From an uncultured Fibrobacteraceae bacterium (GTDB taxonomy: Bacteria > Krumholzibacteriota > Krumholzibacteriia > LZORAL124-64-63), in NCBI GenBank assembly GCA_964637835.1, contig CAZWYF010000007.1:7486-71485 (forward strand): a stretch of 64,000 bases of DNA, read 5' to 3'. Shown here in pieces: positions 36,659-46,058 of the stretch (positions are counted from its first letter, which is position 1; each line of letters begins with the position of its first letter). A model generated the notes under the pieces. The model was not told where the DNA came from and did not search any database. It saw only the letters and a list, made by a program, of their open reading frames with translations. Made by a program: the position numbers and the translations under genes.

Positions 36659-39114
36659 TCGTCGCGGGCGCGGACCACTGGCCAGTGGTCTGGGCCGCCA
36701 TCGCCCTCCTGCTCCCCGCCCATCCGCCGTCGTGGCTGTTCCCGCTGGCCGGTGACGCGCCCTCGCCATCCGCCCTGGCCGTCGCTGGCAGGATCCTGGC
36801 GCTGACGCCGCTGGTGCTCGGTCTGCGACGGCCCGACGCCGCGGCCGGGGAAGCGAACGCCCGCGCGCCCGCGGCGGCGCTGTCGGCGGTGGTCGCGCTG
36901 GGCGCCGCCGTGGGGGCGGCGTGCTGGCTGGGGACGGTCGCGGCGACCGTGGCGGCGGCCCGGCCGGCGGCCATCGCGCCCACGGGACTGGCGCCGAGCG
37001 TCCGGATCGGCCACGCCGGCGAGGTCGTCCTGCGGCCGACGGCCAGGGCCCGTCCCGACGGCCGGGGACGCTGGTCGGCGCCCGCCCGGATCCTGGCCTG
37101 GAACCCGGCGGCCGGAGGCCCGGCGCCCGCCGGCTGGCCGGCGCCACCGCGTCCCGGCGATGGCGTGCTGCTGCGCGGTCCTGGCTCGCCACCGGTGGCA
37201 GGTGGCCTGGTCGCGGCGCGGCTGACCCTCCAGGCGCCACGCCCGGCCGCGGTCCCCGGGGGCTTCGACCAGCGCCGCTGGCTGCTCGGGCGTCGGTTGC
37301 ACTGGGTCGCACGCATCGGGCGGACCGATGGCCTGGCGATCCCGGCCGGGCCGGGCCTGGCGGGCGTCGTCGGCGCCCGGCTCGCGCGCGTCCAGACCGC
37401 GCTGCGCGTCCGGCTGTCCGCGTCGCTGCCGCCTCGCGAGGCGGCCCTGCTCGCCTCGGTGCTGCTCGGCGGCGGCAGCGACCGGGCCCAGCGCGAACCG
37501 TTCGCCCGCCTGGGACTCGCGCATCTCTTCGCGCTCAGCGGCCTGCACGTGGGCATCGTGGCGGGACTGCTCCTGGTCCTGATCCGGCCCTGGCTACCGG
37601 GGCCAGGGGTCCAGGCGGCCGTGATCGCCGGCGCGCTGGCGGGCTACGCGCTGCTGGTGGACCTGCCGGGTTCGGTGGTCCGAGCCGCGGGCCTGCTGAC
37701 CCTGGTGGCGGCCATCCGGGCGCTCGGCCGGCCGGTGGACGGTCTCCGCCTGCTCGGCCTCCTGCTGTGGATCAACACGCTCTGGCAGCCCGAGGCCCTG
37801 CTGGACGTGGGCGTGCGCCTGTCGTACCTCGCGGCGGGGGGGATCGTGGCCGGTCAGCGTCTCCTGAGGCCCTGGCTGTCGCGCGCCCCGCATCCCTGGC
37901 GATGGCTCGGGCAGGCCGCGGCGGTCTCCGGGTCGGCCCAGATCGCCACGCTGCCGGTGGTCGCGTCGAGCTTCGGCTACCTGCCGCTGCTGGGCCTGCC
38001 GGCCAACCTCCTGGCGGTGCCCGTGTTCGGGGCCATGGTCAGCGTGGCGGCCGGTGGACTGGGGCTCGCCACGATCTGGCCCTGGGCGGGCGAGGGGCTG
38101 CTCGCCGTCTCCTGGTCCGGGCTGCGGGCCCTGGCCGCGGGAGCGGCCATGCTGGGCCCGACGGCCGCCACGGCCACCCTGGGCCTGCCGGTCTGGGGGG
38201 CCGGGCGCCTGCTGGCTCACCTGGTGCTCATGGCGGTCCTCGTGCTCGCCCTCCGCCGGGGACCGGGCCGGCGGGCGGCGATGGCGGCGGTCGCCGTGCT
38301 GGTCCTCGTGCTCGCCCAGGGCGGCGGACGGCCGCCCGCCGCGGGCGAGGGGCCCCGGGCCTGGTTCTTCGCCGTGGGGCAGGGCGACTGCACGCTGCTC
38401 CGCCTCGCCGATGGCTGGACCGTGCTCATCGACGCCGGCCCCGCTTGGTACGGCGGCGGCAGTCCCCTCGGCCGAGACATCGCGGGCTGGCTGCGCCGAC
38501 AGCGGTTCGACCATCTCGACGCGGTGGTCCTCACGCACGGGCATGCCGACCACACGGGCGGCGTCCGCGACCTGCTCGACGCCGCCGTGACCGTGGACCG
38601 CTGGTGGGCTGGCGGCATCGCGGCCGCGGCCACGCCGGTCGCCGCCGCCACGCCCCTCGCGCCGCTGATCCTGCATCGCCACGGCCCATGGAGCGTGTGG
38701 CTGCTCCCGGGGCGGCGGGCCGCGGCGGCCCGCGAGAACGACCGCTCCCTCTCGCTCGCCCTCTGCCATGACGATTCCCTGCGGGCCCTGTGGACCGGCG
38801 ACCTCGAGATCCGCGGCGAGGCCGAGCTGCTCGGCGTCCTGCCCCCGGTGCCGGCCGCGGGGTGCGACCTCTGGCAGGCCGGCCATCACGGCAGCAGCAC
38901 CTCGGGATCGCATGCGTTGCTGAGGACGGTGCGGCCACGGCGGGTGGTGATCAGCTGTGGGACGGCGAGCCGCCACGGCCACCCCAGCCATGCGGGTTAC
39001 GGGTCCGCGGAGATCCGCCGCACCGACACCCAGGGTACGGTCGTCGTCCACTGGCGGGGTGACGGCGCGGTGGACTGGCGGCCCACCGTCGCCGGGGCCC
39101 CCTCGCCGCCTTGA
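36586..39114 (+). CDS. comEC: DNA internalisation-related competence protein ComEC/Rec2 (competence domain plus metallo-beta-lactamase domain)
   Basis: Polytopic membrane region with LFALSGLHVGIVAG. MBL motif VLTHGHADHTGG...WQAGHHGS. Start uncertain (in-frame GTG at 36685 avoids the 73-nt overlap with the GGDEF gene). Confidence 0.75.
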   Translation: MLHLGGARPSPGTAALAVARSRSLIVAGADHWPVVWAAIALLLPAHPPSWLFPLAGDAPSPSALAVAGRILALTPLVLGLRRPDAAAGEANARAPAAALSAVVALGAAVGAACWLGTVAATVAAARPAAIAPTGLAPSVRIGHAGEVVLRPTARARPDGRGRWSAPARILAWNPAAGGPAPAGWPAPPRPGDGVLLRGPGSPPVAGGLVAARLTLQAPRPAAVPGGFDQRRWLLGRRLHWVARIGRTDGLAIPAGPGLAGVVGARLARVQTALRVRLSASLPPREAALLASVLLGGGSDRAQREPFARLGLAHLFALSGLHVGIVAGLLLVLIRPWLPGPGVQAAVIAGALAGYALLVDLPGSVVRAAGLLTLVAAIRALGRPVDGLRLLGLLLWINTLWQPEALLDVGVRLSYLAAGGIVAGQRLLRPWLSRAPHPWRWLGQAAAVSGSAQIATLPVVASSFGYLPLLGLPANLLAVPVFGAMVSVAAGGLGLATIWPWAGEGLLAVSWSGLRALAAGAAMLGPTAATATLGLPVWGAGRLLAHLVLMAVLVLALRRGPGRRAAMAAVAVLVLVLAQGGGRPPAAGEGPRAWFFAVGQGDCTLLRLADGWTVLIDAGPAWYGGGSPLGRDIAGWLRRQRFDHLDAVVLTHGHADHTGGVRDLLDAAVTVDRWWAGGIAAAATPVAAATPLAPLILHRHGPWSVWLLPGRRAAAARENDRSLSLALCHDDSLRALWTGDLEIRGEAELLGVLPPVPAAGCDLWQAGHHGSSTSGSHALLRTVRPRRVVISCGTASRHGHPSHAGYGSAEIRRTDTQGTVVVHWRGDGAVDWRPTVAGAPSPP

Positions 39115-39186
39115 CACCCCCCGGGGGCGCGCCTAACATCCGGCCCTCGATCCAGCCTCCCACCCGCCAGCCCGCGAGGATCCGCC

Positions 39187-40089
39187 ATGCCCGCCCTGCG
39201 CAGTACCGTGGATCTCGGACTGCAGCCGGACTACACCGGCAAGGTCCGAGACGTCTTCGATCTCGGCGACCAGCTCTTCATCGTGGCCACCGACCGGATC
39301 AGTGCCTTCGACGTGGTCATGAACGACGTGGTGCCCGGCCGGGGTACCGTGCTGAACGTCATGACCCTGGCCTGGCTGCGGTACTTCGCCGACGTGCCCA
39401 ACCACGTGATCACGGCAGCTCCGGAGGAGTTCCCCGCCCCGTTCCGGGATCACGCCGCGCACCTGGGCGGCCGCAGCGTGCTGGTCCACAAGGCGGACCG
39501 CTTCGACGCCGAGTGCGTGGTGCGCGGCTACATCGCCGGCAGCGGCTGGAAGAGCTACCAGCGCGACGGGACGGTCTGCGGCCACACCTTGCCCGGAGGC
39601 CTGCGCCTGGCCGACCGCCTGCCCGAGCCGCTGTTCACCCCGTCCACCAAGGCGGAGCAGGGGCACGACGAGAACATCGACTTCGCCACCATGGCCGGCA
39701 TCGTGGGCGAGGAACCGGCGGCGAAGCTCCGGGATCTCTCGCTACGGCTCTATGGCGAGGGCGCGGCCTACGCCGAGCCGCGCGGCGTGATCCTCGCGGA
39801 CACGAAGTTCGAATTCGGGCTCATCGACGGCAGGATCGCGCTCATCGACGAGGTCCTGACCCCGGACAGCAGCCGCTTCTGGCCCGCCGACCAGCACCGC
39901 CCCGGCGCGGATCCGCCCAGCTTCGACAAGCAGATCCTCCGCAGCTGGCTGGAGACCCAGGACTGGAACCGCGAGCCGCCGCCGCCGCCGGTGCCCGACG
40001 CGGTGCTCGAGCGCGCCAGCGCCCGCTATCGCGAGGTGCTGGAGATCCTGTTCCCCGAGGAGGCGGCCCGTTGGTCCAGGTACCTGTGA
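39187..40089 (+). CDS. purC: Phosphoribosylaminoimidazole-succinocarboxamide (SAICAR) synthase PurC
   Basis: YTGKVRDVFDLGDQLFIVATDRISAFDVVM signature. 300 aa. Confidence 0.9.
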   Translation: MPALRSTVDLGLQPDYTGKVRDVFDLGDQLFIVATDRISAFDVVMNDVVPGRGTVLNVMTLAWLRYFADVPNHVITAAPEEFPAPFRDHAAHLGGRSVLVHKADRFDAECVVRGYIAGSGWKSYQRDGTVCGHTLPGGLRLADRLPEPLFTPSTKAEQGHDENIDFATMAGIVGEEPAAKLRDLSLRLYGEGAAYAEPRGVILADTKFEFGLIDGRIALIDEVLTPDSSRFWPADQHRPGADPPSFDKQILRSWLETQDWNREPPPPPVPDAVLERASARYREVLEILFPEEAARWSRYL

Positions 40090-41648
40090 AGCGCCGGGCG
40101 CTGCTGAGCGTCACGGACAAGTCGCACCTCGACCACGTGGCGTCCCTGCTGGCGAGTTACGACTACGAACTGCTCGCCTCCGGCGGCACCGCGGCCTGGC
40201 TCCGGGATCACGGCTTCGCCGTCACGGACGTCGAGACGGTCACCGGCTTCCCCGAGGTGTTCGGCGGGAGGGTCAAGACCCTGCACCCGCTCATCCATGG
40301 CGGGATCCTCGGTCCGACCCACGAGGAGTTCGCCGATCCGGGCCTGGCCCCGCTGGGCCTGGCCCCCATCGACGTGGTGGTGGTGAACCTCTACCGCTTC
40401 GAGGACGCCCTGGCCAGCGGCGCGTCCCCTGCCGAGCTCGTCGAGCAGATCGACATCGGCGGGCCGGCCATGCTGCGCGCGGCCGCCAAGAACCATCAGC
40501 GCGTCACGCTGCTCACCTCGCCGGAACAGTATGACGAGTTCCTGCACGAGTGCCGCGGCGGCGACGGGGTGCCGTCGGCCGCCTTCCGGCGCCGCTGCGC
40601 GCTGGCCGGTCTGCGGCTCACCGCCGCCTACGACGCCGCCATCGCCGCCTGGCTGGCCACGCAGGTCTCCGGCCATGCCGCCGAGGCCGCCGGGGCCGCG
40701 GACGTCGCCGAGGCGCCCACGCGGAGGGTCGTCCTGCGCTACGGGGAGAATCCCCATCAGGAGGCCGCCCTCGTGGTCCCCGAGCATCCGGACGGCGCCC
40801 TGGCCGGCGTCGGCCTGCAGCAGCACGGCGGCAAGGCCCTCAGCTACAACAACCTGGTGGACCTGGTGGCCGCCGTGAAGCTGGTCCTGGACACCGACGC
40901 GAGCTGCTGCGGCGTGATCAAGCACACCAACCCCTGCGGCTTCGGGCTGGGGGAGCCGGCCGCGGCGCTGGCGAAGGCCCTGATCTGCGACCCCGTCTCG
41001 GCCTTCGGCGGCATCGTCGCCTTCAACCGGGAGGTCGACCGGACCTGCGCCGAGGCGCTGGCCGGACGATTCCTGGAAGTGGTGGTGGCGCCTGGCTATT
41101 CCGACGACGCCCTCACGCGACTTCTCGAGCGTCGGAACCTCCGCGTCATGACCTGGGACCCGGCCGTGTTCCCGCCCGCCACCGCCGGCCGCTCCCGCCG
41201 GTGGGGTCGTCTGGTGCTGGAGCAGGAGGAGGATCGCGGGTTCCCCGAGCTGGCGGACTGGCGCGTGGTCGCCGGCGAGGAGCCCGGGCCGGCCACGCGG
41301 GACGACCTCGCCCTGGCCTGGACCGCCTGCAAGCATGGCAAGAGCAATGCCATCGTCCTTGCCCGCGACGGCGCCACCCTCGGCTGCGGATTCGGCCAGA
41401 TGAGCCGCGTGGACTCGGTGAAGCTGGCCGTGCGCAAGGCGAACGACCAGGGCCTGGACCTCGAGGGCTGCGTGGCGGCGAGCGACGGCTTCTTCCCGTT
41501 CCCCGACGGCGTGCAGGAGCTGGCCCGCGCCGGCGCCCGCTGGGTGATCGCTCCCGGCGGCTCCATCCGCGACGAGGAGGTGGCCGCCGCGGCCCGCGAG
41601 CTCGGCATCACCCTGATCCTCGCCTCGCGGCGGCACTTCAACCACTGA
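40086..41648 (+). CDS. purH: Bifunctional AICAR transformylase/IMP cyclohydrolase PurH
   Basis: GTG start overlapping the purC stop (GTGA). KRALLSVTDKSHL...VKTLHPLIHGGILG MGS-like domain plus AICARFT domain. Confidence 0.9.
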   Translation: MKRRALLSVTDKSHLDHVASLLASYDYELLASGGTAAWLRDHGFAVTDVETVTGFPEVFGGRVKTLHPLIHGGILGPTHEEFADPGLAPLGLAPIDVVVVNLYRFEDALASGASPAELVEQIDIGGPAMLRAAAKNHQRVTLLTSPEQYDEFLHECRGGDGVPSAAFRRRCALAGLRLTAAYDAAIAAWLATQVSGHAAEAAGAADVAEAPTRRVVLRYGENPHQEAALVVPEHPDGALAGVGLQQHGGKALSYNNLVDLVAAVKLVLDTDASCCGVIKHTNPCGFGLGEPAAALAKALICDPVSAFGGIVAFNREVDRTCAEALAGRFLEVVVAPGYSDDALTRLLERRNLRVMTWDPAVFPPATAGRSRRWGRLVLEQEEDRGFPELADWRVVAGEEPGPATRDDLALAWTACKHGKSNAIVLARDGATLGCGFGQMSRVDSVKLAVRKANDQGLDLEGCVAASDGFFPFPDGVQELARAGARWVIAPGGSIRDEEVAAAARELGITLILASRRHFNH

Positions 41649-41661
41649 CCAGGAGGCGGGC

Positions 41662-43215
41662 ATGAGCGCCCCCGGCCACGACCACCCCAAGATCGTCGTC
41701 CTGGACTTCGGCTCGCAGGTCAGCCAGCTCATCGCCCGGCGGTTGCGCGAGGTGGAGGTGTTCAGCGAGTTGCGGCCGTTCACCGCCTGGCGCGAGGTCC
41801 TGGACGACCCGCTCTGCGCCGGGATCGTGCTCTCCGGCGGGCCGGCCAGCGTCAAGGACCCCGGGGCGCCCCACGTGGGCGAGGAGCTGTGGACCGCGGG
41901 CAAGCCCCTGCTGGGCATCTGCTATGGCATGCAGCTGATGTGCGAGGCCCTGGGCGGCGCGCTGGCCCCGGCCGCGAACCGGGAATACGGCCATGCCGAG
42001 CTCACGGTGGTGGACCCGGGCGTGTTCTTCGCCGGTCAGCCCGCCACCCAGCCGGTCTGGATGAGCCATGGCGACCGCGTGGACGCCCTGCCGGCGGGCT
42101 TCCGCCCCCTGGCGCGGACCGAGCACATCCCCTTCGCCGCGGCCGCCGATCCGGGGCGCCGGATGTACGCGGTGCAGTTCCACCCCGAGGTGGCCCACAC
42201 CGCCAATGGCGTGGCCATGATCGAGAACTTCGCCCGGCGGGTCTGCGGCATCGAGGATCGCTGGACGGCCGCGGCCTTCGTGGAGGAGGCCGTCGCCGAG
42301 ATCCGCGCGCAGGTGGGCGACCAGCGCGTCCTCTGCGCCGTCTCCGGCGGGGTCGACAGCACGGTGATGGCCACCCTGGTGGACCGGGCCATCGGCGACC
42401 GGCTGCACGCCGTCTACGTGGACAACGGCGTGATGCGCCTGGACGAGAGCGACCAGGTGCAGCGCGACCTCGACGCCTTCCTGCACCAGCCGATCCAGCG
42501 GGTCGACGCCGGCGACGTCTTCCTCGAGCGCCTCGCCGGGGTCGCCGATCCCGAGCAGAAGCGCCGCATCATCGGCGGCACCTTCATCGAGGTCTTCACC
42601 GGCGCCACCCGCGACCGGGGTCCGTTCGGTTTCCTGGCCCAGGGCACGCTCTATCCCGATCGCATCGAGAGCGTCTCGGTCCACGGCCCGAGCAGCGTCA
42701 TCAAGACCCACCACAACGTGGGGGGCCTGCCCGCCGAGCTGGGCTTCGATCTGGTGGAGCCGCTGCGCGACCTCTTCAAGGACGAGGTCCGTCGCGTGGG
42801 CCGCGAGCTGGGGATTCCCGGAACCCTGCTCGGTCGTCATCCGTTCCCCGGTCCGGGCCTGGCGGTGCGCATCCTCGGCGAGGTGACCCGCGATCGGGTT
42901 GCGCTGCTGCAGCGGGCGGACCATATCTTCATCGAGGAGCTGCGCCACACCGGCCAGTACGACGCCATCTGGCAGGCCGGGGCCATCCTGCTGCCGGTGC
43001 AGTCGGTGGGCGTCATGGGCGACCAGCGCACCTACGAGAACGCCGTGGCGCTGCGCGCGGTCACCAGCCTGGACGGCATGACGGCGGACTGGGCGCGGAT
43101 CCCCACCGAGATCCTCGGCCGGATCTCCAACCGCATCATCAACGAGGTGCCCGGGGTCAACCGTGTGGTCTACGATATCAGCAGCAAGCCGCCGAGCACC
43201 ATCGAGTGGGAGTGA
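41662..43215 (+). CDS. guaA: GMP synthase (glutamine-hydrolysing) GuaA
   Basis: GATase domain KIVVLDFGSQVSQLIARRLRE. PP-loop SGGVDSTV. C-terminal dimerisation domain ending TIEWE. Confidence 0.92.
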   Translation: MSAPGHDHPKIVVLDFGSQVSQLIARRLREVEVFSELRPFTAWREVLDDPLCAGIVLSGGPASVKDPGAPHVGEELWTAGKPLLGICYGMQLMCEALGGALAPAANREYGHAELTVVDPGVFFAGQPATQPVWMSHGDRVDALPAGFRPLARTEHIPFAAAADPGRRMYAVQFHPEVAHTANGVAMIENFARRVCGIEDRWTAAAFVEEAVAEIRAQVGDQRVLCAVSGGVDSTVMATLVDRAIGDRLHAVYVDNGVMRLDESDQVQRDLDAFLHQPIQRVDAGDVFLERLAGVADPEQKRRIIGGTFIEVFTGATRDRGPFGFLAQGTLYPDRIESVSVHGPSSVIKTHHNVGGLPAELGFDLVEPLRDLFKDEVRRVGRELGIPGTLLGRHPFPGPGLAVRILGEVTRDRVALLQRADHIFIEELRHTGQYDAIWQAGAILLPVQSVGVMGDQRTYENAVALRAVTSLDGMTADWARIPTEILGRISNRIINEVPGVNRVVYDISSKPPSTIEWE

Positions 43216-46009
43216 TCCCCGGCGTGGCGGGGCGCCCGCTCGCCCCGCCGCCGTCGCCCTGCTGCTGGCCGCCCTGCTCGTCTGCCTGGCGGCGCCGGCC
43301 CCCGCGAGCCCGCTCGCCGCACCCCGTCCCACCGTCACCGATGCCGCCGCCCTCGCCGACCTGCGGGCCGCCCGCCGCGCCGCCGTGCGCGCCGGCGCCC
43401 TGGCCAAGCGCCAGGGCGGCGCGCCCTTCGGCCTGCTCGTGATCTGCGTGGACTTCGCCGACCGCCGCTTCCCTCCGGGCTTCGATCCGGCCGCGGACCT
43501 GCGCCTGACCGGCGGCGCGGACGGCACCGGCTCGCTCGCCCACTACGTGAGCGCCGCCGCCCAGGGCCGCACCGCCCTGGCCATCACCGTGGCGCCGGTG
43601 GTCTCGCTCCCGGGCACCCGCCAGGACTACTCCGATCTGGGCTGGCAGGGCTTCTCGCGCAGCCGCGCCATGGTACGCCTGGCGCTCGAGGGCGCCGCCG
43701 CGGCGGGCGCGGGCTTCGCCGCCGCCGACCGCGATGGCGACGGCGAGGTGGACGGTGTCCTGCTCCTGCACGCCGGCGCGGGCCTGGAGAACGACCCCGC
43801 CGGGCTGATCGTCCCCATGCAGTACTTCCTCGACGAGCCGGTGGTCCACCGGGGGACGCTGGCGCGCAGCTACGCCATCGCCGCGGCGACCAGCACCCTG
43901 GGGATCTGGGCCCACGAGACCGGCCACCTGCTCGGCCTGGAGGACCGTTACGATCTCGAGCTGCCGGGCAGCGCGGAGACCGGGCCCCGCGGCGGCCTCG
44001 GCCGCTTCAGCCTCATGGCTGCCGGCTGGCAGGGCACGGGCGAGGGCCGCGATCCCGCGCTCCCGGACGCCTGGTCGCGCCTGCAACTCGGCTGGGCCGA
44101 CCTCGACACGGTCCCGCGCCCGGGCGCCGTGGTCCGCCTGCGGGCGGCCGGGCCGCCCGCAGGCGAGTTCTTCCTGGCCGAACGCCGCGATCCCGTCGCT
44201 GCCGCTCCCTATGACGCCGGCCTGCCCGCCGACCGCCTGCTCATCTACCACGTGGATCCGTCCCTGGCGGCCGGGGAGGCCTCCTCCAGCGGTGGACCCG
44301 ACCGCCACCTGCAGGTGGAACTGGTGGAGGCCGATGGCGGCCGCGAGATCGCCCGGGGCGAGAGCCAGGGGGAGCTCGCCGACCTGTTCCCCTCCTTCGG
44401 CGCCAGCCAGGGCCTCGACGACCAGACCGTTCCCGACAGCCGCACCTGGACGGGCGAGCCCACCGGGGTGGACGTGCTGGTGTCCGTCCACGGGGGCGAG
44501 GTGACCCTCGACGACCGCGGCCCGCTGCCCTGGGCCGACGTCCGGCTGATGGTCGAGGCGGACGCCGGCGGGTTCCGCGTCCGGCCCATCGCGCGCCTGC
44601 TGCAGGAATCCCCGCGGCCCGATACGCTCACGGTGACCGTCGGCGTGCTGGACGCGCGCTGGGGCCGGTTCGAGGGGGGCGACACGCTGTCGGGCCCGCT
44701 CCTGCGAGAGGACGACCCCGCCACCTGGGAACACTACCGGGGACCGGCCTGGCGCTGGCAGCCGGCGGCCGACGTGCCGCCGGACGCGGTCACGCCGTTC
44801 GTCACCGGAATCGGCGGCGGCGGCGCCGGGCCGGCGCCGGGCGCCGGACACGCCGAGGTCGTCTGGGATCCCGACCATGCCGACCTCTCCCTGGCCGGCG
44901 AGTGGACCGCGCGCTGGACCGTCACCCGGCCGGGCGGCGCCACCGGGGCCACCTGGCACCGCTGGCGCGGCGACCACCACGCCGGCCTGCCGGACGCGGA
45001 CCTCCTCGCGGCCACGGGAGAGTCCCATGTCGAGGCCACCGCCTGGCCGGCGGTGCGCTATGGCAATGGCGCCCACGCGCGGCTGGAGTCGGGCCCGCTG
45101 GGGACGGCGAACCGCTGGGTCGAGGTGGTGCACGCGGTGGATCTCGAGCTGCTCTTCCCCGGCTCGGCGGCCGATGGCGTCGCGTTCACCTGGGTGCACG
45201 CCAGCGGCACCACCGTCGGCGCCGAACCGGTCGATGGCTGGGCCGGCGTCGTGGACCCGCGCGCCCGGCACCCGCTCGCCGGCCGGCCCACGTTCGCCTG
45301 GGCCGATCCCCTGGGTGCCGACGACCGGCCCCTCTGGCACCGCGAGGCGCTGCCGCTGCCCGACGTGTCGGCGCATGGCCCCGGCCCGTGGCGCCTGCGC
45401 GCCGAGCTGGCCGCCAATCCGGTATTCGGAGCGCGAGGCTGGCTGCTCCTGGCCCCCGCGGCGTACCGTTCGCCGCCGCCGGACAGCGGGTTCTCCGTGA
45501 CGCTCCACGCGGATCGGCTGACCTGGAGCGCCCCTGGCGTCGCGGGGCTCACCGGGATCCGGATCGAGCGGAGCGTGGACGGCGGACAGACGTGGCGGAC
45601 GGCGGCCACGGCCAGCCCCCTCGCCGGAAGCGTGGCCCGCGACTTGCTCGACCTGCCGGCGGGCCGGCGCGCGCGCCTGCGCGTGGTCGCCGAGGGGCCG
45701 GTGACGCTGGTCTCCCGGGTGCTGGTGGTCGCGGCAAGCCCCGAGGTGGTCCTGGGACCGCCGCGGCCCAACCCGGCCCACGACCAGGTCGGGCTCGCCC
45801 TCGACGGTGGCGGGGATCCCGACGCCGAGCTGGCGGTCTTCGATCTCCGCGGCCGCCGCATCGCGCACTGGACGCCCGGCGGTGGACCGGCCACCATCCT
45901 CTGGGACGGAACCGATCACGGGGGCCGCCGCGTGGCGGCCGGGGTCTACGTCTTCCGCCTCGCCGCGGCCGGCGCGGTCGTCACGCGGAAGGTGACCTGG
46001 CTCCCCTGA
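43163..46009 (+). CDS. Secreted M6-family (immune inhibitor A-like) zinc metallopeptidase with C-terminal Por-secretion/FlgD-Ig-like sorting domain
   Basis: HETGHLLGLEDRYD (HExxHxxGxxDxY). Signal peptide. C-terminal AELAVFDLRGRRIAHWTPGGGPATILWDGTDHGGRRVAAGVYVFRLAAAGAVVTRKVTWLP tail. Start uncertain (overlaps the guaA 3' end). Confidence 0.7.
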   Translation: MWSTISAASRRAPSSGSDPRRGGAPARPAAVALLLAALLVCLAAPAPASPLAAPRPTVTDAAALADLRAARRAAVRAGALAKRQGGAPFGLLVICVDFADRRFPPGFDPAADLRLTGGADGTGSLAHYVSAAAQGRTALAITVAPVVSLPGTRQDYSDLGWQGFSRSRAMVRLALEGAAAAGAGFAAADRDGDGEVDGVLLLHAGAGLENDPAGLIVPMQYFLDEPVVHRGTLARSYAIAAATSTLGIWAHETGHLLGLEDRYDLELPGSAETGPRGGLGRFSLMAAGWQGTGEGRDPALPDAWSRLQLGWADLDTVPRPGAVVRLRAAGPPAGEFFLAERRDPVAAAPYDAGLPADRLLIYHVDPSLAAGEASSSGGPDRHLQVELVEADGGREIARGESQGELADLFPSFGASQGLDDQTVPDSRTWTGEPTGVDVLVSVHGGEVTLDDRGPLPWADVRLMVEADAGGFRVRPIARLLQESPRPDTLTVTVGVLDARWGRFEGGDTLSGPLLREDDPATWEHYRGPAWRWQPAADVPPDAVTPFVTGIGGGGAGPAPGAGHAEVVWDPDHADLSLAGEWTARWTVTRPGGATGATWHRWRGDHHAGLPDADLLAATGESHVEATAWPAVRYGNGAHARLESGPLGTANRWVEVVHAVDLELLFPGSAADGVAFTWVHASGTTVGAEPVDGWAGVVDPRARHPLAGRPTFAWADPLGADDRPLWHREALPLPDVSAHGPGPWRLRAELAANPVFGARGWLLLAPAAYRSPPPDSGFSVTLHADRLTWSAPGVAGLTGIRIERSVDGGQTWRTAATASPLAGSVARDLLDLPAGRRARLRVVAEGPVTLVSRVLVVAASPEVVLGPPRPNPAHDQVGLALDGGGDPDAELAVFDLRGRRIAHWTPGGGPATILWDGTDHGGRRVAAGVYVFRLAAAGAVVTRKVTWLP

Positions 46010-46058
46010 CGGATCGCATGACGGATCGCGAGACGAACACCGAGGACGGAGCGACGAC

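Noticed and set aside
39111-41648. 845-aa ORF suggesting a fused protein spanning purC-purH
   Set aside because: - PurC is in a different frame and ends at 40089.
- PurH begins at the in-frame GTG 40086 (VKRRALLSVTDKSHL is the canonical PurH N-terminus).
- The upstream part of the long frame is non-coding or overlaps purC.
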